From: Candidatus Sumerlaeia bacterium
GTDB lineage: Bacteria > Sumerlaeota > Sumerlaeia > SLMS01
Direction of reading: 5' to 3'
Length of the DNA stretch: 43,191 nt
Assembly: GCA_020831705.1 (NCBI GenBank)
Contig: JAFIGB010000067.1
Location: 1-43,191, forward strand
The translations under genes were made by a program, and so were the position numbers. Position 1 is the first letter of the stretch. Each line of letters starts with the position of its first letter. This document shows positions 1 to 8,385 of the stretch, piece after piece. The notes under the pieces were generated by a model. It did not search any database and was not told where the DNA came from. It was given only the letters and a program-made list of their open reading frames with translations.

Positions 1-2594
1 TCGTTGGAGGGGGTGGGAGCCTCCCGCGTAATCGTCCGCTGGGCGAGGCTGCTGTGTGTCCCTTCGTCGTCCGTCGCACGTACCTCGATGAGATTCGTGC
101 CAACGACAAGCCCGTCTGCTGTGAAGCTCCAACTGGTCGTACCACTGGCGGTCTGCCATGCACCACCGTTGTTGCGCCACTGGACCGAGGAGACGGTGCT
201 ATCCGATGCGGTCGCTGTCCCTGAGAAGTCGACACTCGTGGTTTCGTTACTGACGGTCTGGTTGGCGGATGGTGTGGTGATGATCGGGGGAGGGAATGGC
301 ACGCTTTCTATGGGCTCCGAGGCAAGGCGGAACCCGAAACTGTAGAAGGTGCCCCCCGAAATCGATCTGGGAGCCCTCCAGCGATTAGCCGAGCGACTGG
401 CACCGGCGCTGGAGTCCCAGTCGCCGCCTCGTAATACAGGGTCTTCCCTAATGATTTGACCAGAGCTGTCAAAACCAGTCGGCCCCGTGGGATCGGTGAC
501 ACTACCGCCCGGGAGCGAACTCGAGTACCAATCCTGGCACCACTCCCACACATTGCCGTGCATGTCATACAGACCAAAGGCGTTGGGCAGCTTTTGGCCC
601 ACTGGCTTGGTCCCATGATCTGGATCTGAACTGGAAGAAGCGTTATTCCCGCAATACCACATGTACTGACTGCGGATCCCATCATCCTGGCATGCGTCTG
701 CCACCGAAAGTGAATCACCAAAATGAAACCGTGTCGTCGTTCCCGCACGGGCGGCGTATTCCCATTCCGCCTCCGTTGGCAGGCGGAATGTCGCCGTCGC
801 ACCCTGCCCCGTCGATATAATGTGTGTATTCAGTGCTGTGATAAAGTTCTGGGCATCGTCCCAGGAGACTCGTTCCATTGGGTTGTTGGGCCGACCGGGA
901 AAATCGAGATGCGGCCATTCCTCACCCATCACGGCCTCCCACTGCGCCTGCGTCACCGGGTACCTGCTCATGAAGTAGTCCTGTGTCAGCGTCACGTTCG
1001 TCTGTGGACCTTCGTCATCTCCTCGGCCCCGTTCGTCTCCCGGTGAACCCATGACAAATGATCCCGCCGGAATGCGCACCATGATCAGGGGGATATCGCC
1101 GGGAAGTGTGATGATGATTTCTTCGGCGAGACGCGTGACGACTCGTGAGCTGAGTTCGCTGTGCGTGCCCTCGGCGTTCGTTGCACGCACCTCTATCAGA
1201 TTGACACCCACTTCCAGCGGCGAAGCCGAGAAGTCCCAACTTGTGGTGCCGCTGGCGGCCTGCCATGCACCCCCATTGTTACGCCAATGAACCGCGGAGA
1301 CGGTGCTGTCCGGTGACGACGCCGTACCTGAGAAAGTAACGCTGGTGGTATCGTTGCCAACGGTCTCGTTGGCGGATGGCGAGACGATGGAGGGTGGCGG
1401 AAAAACAACTTCTGCCTGCCGCAAAATAGTGCGCGTGGCGAAGGGCGAGCTGAGATCACTGTGCGTACCTTCGGCGTTTGTCGCACGCACCTCAATCAGA
1501 TTGGTACCCACCTCCAGCGGCGAGGCGGAGAAGTCCCAACTTGTGGTACCGCTGGCGGCTTGCCATTCACCGCCATTGATACGCCACTGCACCGAGGAGA
1601 CGGTGCTATCCACTGCTGATGCCGTACCTGCGAACGCCACACTCGTGGTTTCGTTGCCAACGGTTTGGTTGGGGGGTGGGGAGTCGATGGTAATGGTTGG
1701 GGGAGGGGGTGGTACGCCAACCAGCCGGAACCCCAGGTTGTTGCGACTTGTGCTTGAAGGTACGCTGCTGCGACTGGCCGAACGGCAACTCCCGGCATCG
1801 CTGTCCCAACCGCCGCCACGCACTACCCGCCGCGGGTCATTAGTCACCCCACCCGGCGGATCCGGCCATCTCGGATCGAACACGCTCCCGCCCGGTAAAC
1901 TGGCAAAGTAGTCCCGAGACCACTCCCTCACATTGCCGTGCATGTCGTACAGGCCGAAGGCGTTCGGAAGCTTCTGCCCCACGGGCTTGGTTCCATAATC
2001 CGCGTCGGGGTCCCCATCGTTCCAGTTCCCATTATTCCCCTCCCACCACATATAATCCGATCGATTTCCCGGCAATGCACCGGCCGCGCAGTCTTCCTCC
2101 TGATCATCGCAGCCGAGCGAGTCCCCGAAGTAAAACCGCGTCGTCGTTCCCGCACGCGCCGCATACTCCCACTCTGCGTCGGATGGAAGCCGTAAAGTCA
2201 CCGGCCCTTGATCTGTCGCGGAAATGTGGGCGTTCAGCGCTGATATGAAGCCCTGAATTTCGAACCAGGAAACGTTTTCCACTGGATTATCTGGTCGGCC
2301 TGAGAATAAGGATGGATTGATATCCCTCAGCGCATCCCACTGTTCCTGCGTTACCGGGTACTTGCCCATGTAGAAGTCCTTCGTCAGCGTTACATTGGTT
2401 AGCGGACCCTCATTGCCCGACCGTCCAACCTCGTCCTCCGGCGACCCCATGACAAATGACCCTGCCGGGATGAGGACCAGTTCCAGTTCAACATCGCCGG
2501 GGAGGATGATTGTCCTCTCCTCCTGAGCCATCATGCTGGCCGGAAAACCGGCAAAAATCAGGATCGAAAGACAGAAAAGGAGAAAACGTGGCAT
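1..2594 (-). CDS. Secreted modular protein: signal peptide + FGE-sulfatase (SUMF1-like/CLec-fold) domain + 2 Ig-like repeats + second FGE-sulfatase domain + Ig-like repeat; runs off the window's left edge (>=864 aa)
   Basis: Translated by hand; absent from the ORF track because there is no stop in the window. ATG at 2594 after GGAGG; MPRFLLFCLSILIFAGFPASMMA|QEE signal peptide. Both domains show IPAGSFVMGSP, YPVTQxQW, RLP(S/T)xAEWEYAARAGT, KPVGQKLPNAFGLYDMHGNVxEW, RGGxW and GFRL. Frame is open to position 3. Confidence 0.9.
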   Translation of the reverse strand, partial: MPRFLLFCLSILIFAGFPASMMAQEERTIILPGDVELELVLIPAGSFVMGSPEDEVGRSGNEGPLTNVTLTKDFYMGKYPVTQEQWDALRDINPSLFSGRPDNPVENVSWFEIQGFISALNAHISATDQGPVTLRLPSDAEWEYAARAGTTTRFYFGDSLGCDDQEEDCAAGALPGNRSDYMWWEGNNGNWNDGDPDADYGTKPVGQKLPNAFGLYDMHGNVREWSRDYFASLPGGSVFDPRWPDPPGGVTNDPRRVVRGGGWDSDAGSCRSASRSSVPSSTSRNNLGFRLVGVPPPPPTITIDSPPPNQTVGNETTSVAFAGTASAVDSTVSSVQWRINGGEWQAASGTTSWDFSASPLEVGTNLIEVRATNAEGTHSDLSSPFATRTILRQAEVVFPPPSIVSPSANETVGNDTTSVTFSGTASSPDSTVSAVHWRNNGGAWQAASGTTSWDFSASPLEVGVNLIEVRATNAEGTHSELSSRVVTRLAEEIIITLPGDIPLIMVRIPAGSFVMGSPGDERGRGDDEGPQTNVTLTQDYFMSRYPVTQAQWEAVMGEEWPHLDFPGRPNNPMERVSWDDAQNFITALNTHIISTGQGATATFRLPTEAEWEYAARAGTTTRFHFGDSLSVADACQDDGIRSQYMWYCGNNASSSSDPDHGTKPVGQKLPNAFGLYDMHGNVWEWCQDWYSSSLPGGSVTDPTGPTGFDSSGQIIREDPVLRGGDWDSSAGASRSANRWRAPRSISGGTFYSFGFRLASEPIESVPFPPPIITTPSANQTVSNETTSVDFSGTATASDSTVSSVQWRNNGGAWQTASGTTSWSFTADGLVVGTNLIEVRATDDEGTHSSLAQRTITREAPTPSN
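20..1700 (-). repeat. Three ~95-aa Ig-like repeat units inside the secreted protein (approx. 1420-1700, 1125-1400, 20-290)
   Basis: Each unit reads PxxNxTVxNxTTSVxFxGTA...DSTVSxVxWRxNGGxWQxASGTTSWxFxA..LxVGxNLIEVRATxxEGTHS. Units 1 and 2 align at an exact 300-nt offset (e.g. 1213-1267 vs 1513-1567). Confidence 0.85.
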
Positions 2595-3022
2595 GGGGAG
2601 ACCTCCGGGGGATGGTGGAAAAGTGCGGTTCTGGATGATGGGGTGGTTCATGATTAAGGTGGGAAAAGAACGTGTCATTGCTTGATTTTCCTTCACTTGG
2701 CAAAAGTTGGGAGGATGGTCGAACGGAATCCCTGCACAGAGGGGCCATAAGTGTTTGTATGTAATGGTGGCTGTGATAATCCTGATTATTTCCCATTGCA
2801 AGAGGAAAAACCCGGAAATTTCCCGGGTGTGAATTGCGGGGGTGTTCCCTGATGGGGTGTTTGGGAATCCTAGGGAGGTGTCATGGATCGGGGTGGAGGC
2901 GCTTATTGGCCATTTCCACGGATCAAATGGCCATTCCTCCCTTGATCCCGAATGGTGGAGGAAGATGATGGGGATTCGGTCGGTTTTTTGGCGGCCATTT
3001 TCCGGAAGGACTGGTTTATCCC

Positions 3023-3466
3023 GTGATTTTTCGTTCCCTGATTCTCTTCGCGACGGTCTTTGCCGTGGCTTCCTGTACAATGGTGCAAACTTCAGAGACG
3101 GCACCCGAACCGACTCCAGCCCCCGAACCCCCTCCCCCCGTGGTTGTGCAGGTGGAAACTGATCCCCTTATTGCCCAGGATCTGGTGGGCAAGGTGGCCA
3201 TCCGTAATTACCAGTGGGATGAGGAGAATCATCCCTCGATTTCCTTTGTGCTGGAAAATCTTACGGCCACGGAATCCTTTGAATTGGAACTTTCCTCGGA
3301 GTTTTATGATCATGCCGGGGAGCCTCGGTTTCGCACTCCTTGGACGCGGTTCGTTGTGGAACCGGGGAAGCGCCACCACTATTACGCTCAGGCCGATCGG
3401 CGGGGGGTGATCCAGGGAAGGGTCTTTCTTCGTCAGGTCATTGAAGGGGTCGACACCACCGAATGA
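3023..3466 (+). CDS. Lipoprotein, YcfL/DUF1425-like
   Basis: Lipobox VAS|C after a hydrophobic stretch, Pro-rich linker, then a beta-rich domain with FYDxxG...PW, reminiscent of YcfL. Overlaps the next gene (ATGA). Confidence 0.6.
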   Translation: MIFRSLILFATVFAVASCTMVQTSETAPEPTPAPEPPPPVVVQVETDPLIAQDLVGKVAIRNYQWDEENHPSISFVLENLTATESFELELSSEFYDHAGEPRFRTPWTRFVVEPGKRHHYYAQADRRGVIQGRVFLRQVIEGVDTTE

Positions 3467-4443
3467 TCTACTTTTTGAAACGGCTTCCCCTGGCCTTCCT
3501 GACGTTGCTGCTGGTGGCGTCGGCGTGTTTTTTTCTGACCAAGGCGGCGGGCGAGGAGGCGGCCTTCGGGGAGCGCAATCCGCCCCCGGAAGTGCGTGCG
3601 GAAATTGAACGGAAGTGGGGTCTTGATCGGCCCCTCCATGAGCAATACCTGCTGCACATGAGCAAATTGCTCGTTCTCGATTCGATGGAATCGCGCAAGC
3701 AGCGCAATCGGACGCTTCGCGATGTGCTCAAGTCCCACCTTCCCCCTTCCCTGCGGCTGGGTGCCCGCGCCCTCATTCTTGCCATCGTTCTCGGGGTTCC
3801 CGTCGGGGTTTTTTGCGCCATCTATCACAATCGGATTCCGGACAATGGAGGGACGGTGTTGGCGCTGGTTGGTGTGTCCGTTCCCAATTTTGTACTCGCC
3901 AGTTTTGCGATCTATTTCCTCGCCCGCCGCTGGGAGTTGTTCCCTGCCATTGGGTGGGACACGCCGACGCCGCCCTGGCAACTCGGCGAGGGGATGCCGG
4001 CATTTATGCATGGCATCTGGGATGAGATTTGGCGGACGCGATTGTGGGTTCCTGCGGCGTGTCTGGCGGCGTTTCCCTTTGCGGCGATTATGCGCCTGAC
4101 ACGTTCCTCGATGCTCGATGCCCTGCGGCAGGATTACGTCCGCACGGCGAGGGCGAAGGGGGTGGCGGCCTGGCGGGTCATTGTTGTTCATGCCCTGCGT
4201 AATGCCCTGACCCCCGTAGTAACCTACATCGGCCCGGTGACGGCGGGCGTGCTGACGGGGTCGCTGGTAGTGGAGACGATTTTTGCCCTGCCCGGTCTGG
4301 GGCGGTTCTTTGTGGAATCGGTCAATAACCGTGACATGCCCCTTATTATGGGGCTGACGGTATTTTATTCGGCGCTGCTGGTTTCCATGAACCTGATCGT
4401 GGATGCGATATACCCGATCCTGAACCCGCGTCTGAGAAAATGA
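3463..4443 (+). CDS. oppB: Peptide/nickel ABC transporter permease, OppB/DppB family
   Basis: N-terminal 'WGLDRPLHEQY'; EAA-loop 'LRQDYVRTARAKGV'; 'HALRNAL', 'VETIFALPGLG', 'NRDMPLIMG', 'LNPRLR'. Confidence 0.9.
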   Translation: MIYFLKRLPLAFLTLLLVASACFFLTKAAGEEAAFGERNPPPEVRAEIERKWGLDRPLHEQYLLHMSKLLVLDSMESRKQRNRTLRDVLKSHLPPSLRLGARALILAIVLGVPVGVFCAIYHNRIPDNGGTVLALVGVSVPNFVLASFAIYFLARRWELFPAIGWDTPTPPWQLGEGMPAFMHGIWDEIWRTRLWVPAACLAAFPFAAIMRLTRSSMLDALRQDYVRTARAKGVAAWRVIVVHALRNALTPVVTYIGPVTAGVLTGSLVVETIFALPGLGRFFVESVNNRDMPLIMGLTVFYSALLVSMNLIVDAIYPILNPRLRK

Positions 4444-6431
4444 ATTTCCGAGGAATTCTCATTCAATCCCGGTGGGGAGCCCTTGCCCTCTTCCTCTTCG
4501 TGGTGGGTCTCGGTCTTCTCTTTTTCCACGGCCAGCTTGAGAGTTCGGATGAAGTGCTGATGGCGGCGACTTCCGTGTCGCTGGCAGATCGGGGTTCCCT
4601 CCGATTCACCGAACCAATTTATGATCACTATTTCAGTGGATATGGGTTGGGGATGCCGCTGGTGGGAATTCCGCCGCACCTTCTTCAGCGCGGGCTTGGA
4701 TTTATCGGGGTTATCGATGAGAATGCCCCTGCCCTTTTCAATCTTGCACCGGTGATACTATCGGGCATTGCGCTGGTCTTTCTCGGCGGATTCCTCGGTG
4801 GGCAACGGCGCTGGGCGTATCTTGGCCTTGTGCTGCTGGCGTGTCCGCTCCTTGCCGCAGCCCAGCGATTTTACTCCGAAATGCTTTTGGCAGCGGCTCT
4901 CGCGGTTCTCTTTTGCCTGTTTGAGAAGGGGCGACATTCCCGACCTTCCCCGAAATTGATTGTGCTGATGGGGGTGGGGGTCTTTTTGGCCGCCTGTCTG
5001 GCCATGCTCTCAAGGATTGCCGCCCTGCCGTTTCTGCTCCTCGCGTTGGTGTGGGGGTGGCGGCATGGAACGAAGTGGACCTTCCTCCTCCCAGCCCTTG
5101 GTGGAATTCTGGCGGGTGGTGCGATCACGATGCTCCAGAACATTGCTCTTTGGGGTGGTCCCTTTGAAACTGGCTATAAAGGACAGAACTTCACGACACC
5201 CCTTGGAACCGGTGCGTATGCCCTTCTGTTCTCCACCGAACGGGGCGCCCTGATCTTCTTCCCCGCCCTTTTGGTGCCCCTGCTTGGGTGGAAGCATTTG
5301 GGTGGTCCCCAGCGACGTTTGACGGTGGCTGCCGTGGCGCTGACGCTTTTTTCGATCTGCTTTCATGGAGTCTTCTGGACGTGGCATGGGGGATGGACCG
5401 CCGGGCCAAGATTCCTGCTGCCGGTTCTGATTCTATTCATCCCGGGTATTGCCCGGGTTGTGTCCCGATGGAGACATCTGGTTTTCCCCCTGAAGCTCTT
5501 CGTTGTCGTCTCCATCGCGTGGGGAATCATGATGAACTGGATTTACCTCCAGCATTCGCCCATGCACTGGTGGCGGCTGACTTGGGGTTTTCACCTGATT
5601 GAAAACAAGTTTCTCTTCATGCCCCAGATGAGCCTTTGGCAGGCGTGGATGGAGGGCGTTCCCCTTCCCCGCCTGACGAGCGTCCTGCCCCCGGCATGGA
5701 GCCTCTTCTTCACCGCCATGGGAATCACCTTCGTTGCGGTGTCGCTATACCCGCTTCTGGTGCCGTTCCGGGGACACACGGGAATCTCGGGGAAGGCGGC
5801 ATTGAAGCCGGTGGAGTTCCGGGGAATCCGTCCGGCACCCCTTCAGGTGGCCATCCTTGGGGTGGTTTTTCTTCTTCTGGCAGCGACGAAATGGTTCTCA
5901 GGCCCCCGCGGCTGGGAGGTCATCGGGGCCGGATTCTATGCCGAGCGCCCAAGCCATCTGCTCCTGGACGGGCAGCAGGGGACTTTCAGGGGGTGGCTGG
6001 ATTACCCCTTGGCGACGCCGATGCGGCTCCATCTTCGCGGGGCCGGTCCCTACCGGGTGACGGTCAATGGGGAGACGATTTTCGAGGATGGCGACGTGGG
6101 GCCTCCCCGTCTTTCCCGGGCAGACCTTAATTTATCCCCCGGGCTTCACCAGATCGAAGTGCAGGTTTTGCCCCGTCCCCAGGGGGCCCCTTCCCGCATC
6201 GAGCTTTTCTGGAGTTGGGGGGGCGAAGGGCGGTTTATGACCCCGGCGGGGGGAGAGTACCTGCTTCCCAGACCGTTAACGGCGAGCGAGCAGTTCTTCA
6301 CCCGGATCTGGCGGCGAAAGGAAATCCTTCTGGGCGCTGTATTGGCGCTCCTGTTGCTGATGAAAGGAGGGGCATCTGCGTTCTTGCAGTCCCTGCCCCT
6401 TGGAAGGAACAATTCCGCGGTATCGAGGTGA
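4440..6431 (+). CDS. Polytopic membrane protein, probable GT-C fold glycosyltransferase with C-terminal PA14-like soluble domain
   Basis: Acidic 'SSDE' in the loop after TM1; many TM segments; 'WHGGWTAGPRFL' motif typical of GT-C-like proteins; C-terminal beta domain (GTFRGWL...VTVNG...LSPGLHQIEV...IELFWS) resembling PA14. Confidence 0.6.
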   Translation: MNFRGILIQSRWGALALFLFVVGLGLLFFHGQLESSDEVLMAATSVSLADRGSLRFTEPIYDHYFSGYGLGMPLVGIPPHLLQRGLGFIGVIDENAPALFNLAPVILSGIALVFLGGFLGGQRRWAYLGLVLLACPLLAAAQRFYSEMLLAAALAVLFCLFEKGRHSRPSPKLIVLMGVGVFLAACLAMLSRIAALPFLLLALVWGWRHGTKWTFLLPALGGILAGGAITMLQNIALWGGPFETGYKGQNFTTPLGTGAYALLFSTERGALIFFPALLVPLLGWKHLGGPQRRLTVAAVALTLFSICFHGVFWTWHGGWTAGPRFLLPVLILFIPGIARVVSRWRHLVFPLKLFVVVSIAWGIMMNWIYLQHSPMHWWRLTWGFHLIENKFLFMPQMSLWQAWMEGVPLPRLTSVLPPAWSLFFTAMGITFVAVSLYPLLVPFRGHTGISGKAALKPVEFRGIRPAPLQVAILGVVFLLLAATKWFSGPRGWEVIGAGFYAERPSHLLLDGQQGTFRGWLDYPLATPMRLHLRGAGPYRVTVNGETIFEDGDVGPPRLSRADLNLSPGLHQIEVQVLPRPQGAPSRIELFWSWGGEGRFMTPAGGEYLLPRPLTASEQFFTRIWRRKEILLGAVLALLLLMKGGASAFLQSLPLGRNNSAVSR

Positions 6432-6547
6432 CTCGACGTACCGCCGAACCGTGAAATTACGAAACAACCGGCGGCGGGTGGAAAAAGTCTGCTCCTCGCG
6501 ATGGTCCCCGGGCCAGCAATCAACCTCCACGGAGAACCCTGACAACC

Positions 6548-8347
6548 ATGATTCAGTCCACCGACGTTGAACTCGGCCGCACCCTTGTGGAAATGGGCAA
6601 GGTCGACCCCGACATGCTCGACAGCGCGGTGCGTGATGCCAACAAGGCCAATGAGCGCCTTGACCGGGTACTGATCAAGATGGGGCTTTGTGACCAGGAG
6701 GCGATCCTGCAGGCCACCGCCAAGATCCTTCACCTTCCCTACCAGAAACTTGGTTCCCTGGCCCCCGATGTGGAGGCGGTCAGGCTGGTACCGGCTGAAA
6801 TCGCCGAGCATTACTCCATCGTCCCGGTGGAACTGAATGATGGTGTGCTTTACATCGCCACCCACACCCCCGGGGATCTGTTCATGGTGGATGAACTGCG
6901 TCGCCAATTGGGGGTGGAGCTGGAATTGATCGTCGCCACCGAGTCGGAAATCGACAAGGCCTACAACAATATCTACGGTATTGGTGGTGCTGTGATGCAG
7001 CGCCTCAGCGAGGAGCAGAACAAGCTCCCCCAGGAAGCCGAGGTCAGCCTTTCCGACAACATCGACATTGATGAGATGGCGGCCGACGCCACCATCGTCC
7101 GCTTCGTGAACCAGCTCATTCAGGAAGCCATGCGCGACCGCGCGACGGATATCCATGTCGAGCCGATGGACAAGGAGCTTCGCATCCGCTACCGCATCGA
7201 CGGCATGCTCTATGAAGCCCCCATCCCCCCGGCGATCAAGAAATTCCAGGCGGCGATCATCAGCCGTCTCAAGATCATGGCCGACCTCAATATTGCCGAG
7301 CGTCGCCTCCCCCAGGACGGCAAGATCAAGATCAAGGCGGGGGAGAAGGAATTCGACCTTCGTGTGGCCACGGTGCCCACGCCCTACGGTGAATCGATCG
7401 CCATTCGTATTCTTTCCCGTGATTCCGAAATGACGACGCTGCAGAAGCTCGGCTTCAGCGACGAACACATGGGCATGATGCGCCAGATGATCCAAAAGCC
7501 GTACGGGATTATCTTCGTCACCGGGCCGACGGGTTCGGGCAAGTCCACCACCCTTTACGCCAGTCTTTCGGAAATCAATTCCACCGACCGCAAGATCATC
7601 ACCATCGAGGACCCCATCGAGTACCGTATTGCGGGGACGACACAGATCCAGGTCAATGGCCCCATCGGGTTGACGTTCGCCCGTATTCTGCGCACGACCC
7701 TGCGTCTCGACCCCGACGTCATCATGGTCGGTGAAACCCGCGACCCCGAGACCGCAAAAATCACCATCGCCACGGCCATGACGGGCCACCTTGTTTTCTC
7801 CACGCTCCATACAAACGACGCCTGTGGTTCCTTCACCCGTCTGACCGACATGGGTGTGGAACCGTTCCTCATTGCGTCCTCGGTGGAGGGTGTTCTGGCC
7901 CAGCGCCTGGTCCGTGTGCTTTGTCCCCAATGCAAGCAAAGCTACCGCCCCGACCCGGGGCTGGTTCGTCAGCTGAACATGACACGGGACAATCCGGACA
8001 ATATAGATTTCAAGCGCCCCGGCGGTTGCGAGGCATGCCGCTATACAGGATACGCCGGCCGTACCTGCATTATCGAAATGGTACGCATGGACGAGGCGGT
8101 GCGGCGCAAGGTCGTCACGAATTCCTCCGCAAGTGATGTCAAGGCGACGGCAATGAAGAACGGCATGAAGCCGATCCGCTTCGCCGGTTGGCAGAAAATC
8201 AAATCAGGCATGACCACCTGTGACGAGGTTCTCCGCGTGACCATGGAGGACGAATTCAACGACGAGTTCACCGGCGAGGAAGAGGAGCACAAGGGCCTCG
8301 TCGTCGAGGAAATACTCGGCGACCCTGATGCTCGCCAGGACGACTGA
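6548..8347 (+). CDS. gspE: Type II secretion/type IV pilus assembly ATPase (GspE/PilB family)
   Basis: Walker A GPTGSGKST; TIEDPIE; Walker B DPDVIMVGETRD; TGHLVFSTLHTN; Zn-binding CPQC...CEAC; ERRLPQDG. Confidence 0.93.
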   Translation: MIQSTDVELGRTLVEMGKVDPDMLDSAVRDANKANERLDRVLIKMGLCDQEAILQATAKILHLPYQKLGSLAPDVEAVRLVPAEIAEHYSIVPVELNDGVLYIATHTPGDLFMVDELRRQLGVELELIVATESEIDKAYNNIYGIGGAVMQRLSEEQNKLPQEAEVSLSDNIDIDEMAADATIVRFVNQLIQEAMRDRATDIHVEPMDKELRIRYRIDGMLYEAPIPPAIKKFQAAIISRLKIMADLNIAERRLPQDGKIKIKAGEKEFDLRVATVPTPYGESIAIRILSRDSEMTTLQKLGFSDEHMGMMRQMIQKPYGIIFVTGPTGSGKSTTLYASLSEINSTDRKIITIEDPIEYRIAGTTQIQVNGPIGLTFARILRTTLRLDPDVIMVGETRDPETAKITIATAMTGHLVFSTLHTNDACGSFTRLTDMGVEPFLIASSVEGVLAQRLVRVLCPQCKQSYRPDPGLVRQLNMTRDNPDNIDFKRPGGCEACRYTGYAGRTCIIEMVRMDEAVRRKVVTNSSASDVKATAMKNGMKPIRFAGWQKIKSGMTTCDEVLRVTMEDEFNDEFTGEEEEHKGLVVEEILGDPDARQDD

Positions 8348-8385
8348 TCCTCCCATCCCATCCGACCAGGAATTGACACGACAAG

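Noticed and set aside
4-2195. Plus-strand and off-frame ORFs in the track (e.g. 4-345, 1303-1911, 308-802)
   Set aside because: Antisense or alternate-frame shadows of the real minus-strand FGE/Ig gene; their repeated look mirrors its Ig repeats.
1-2594. Complete diversity-generating retroelement, or a frameshifted pseudogene
   Set aside because: No reverse transcriptase, Avd or template repeat in the window; manual translation shows one intact frame.
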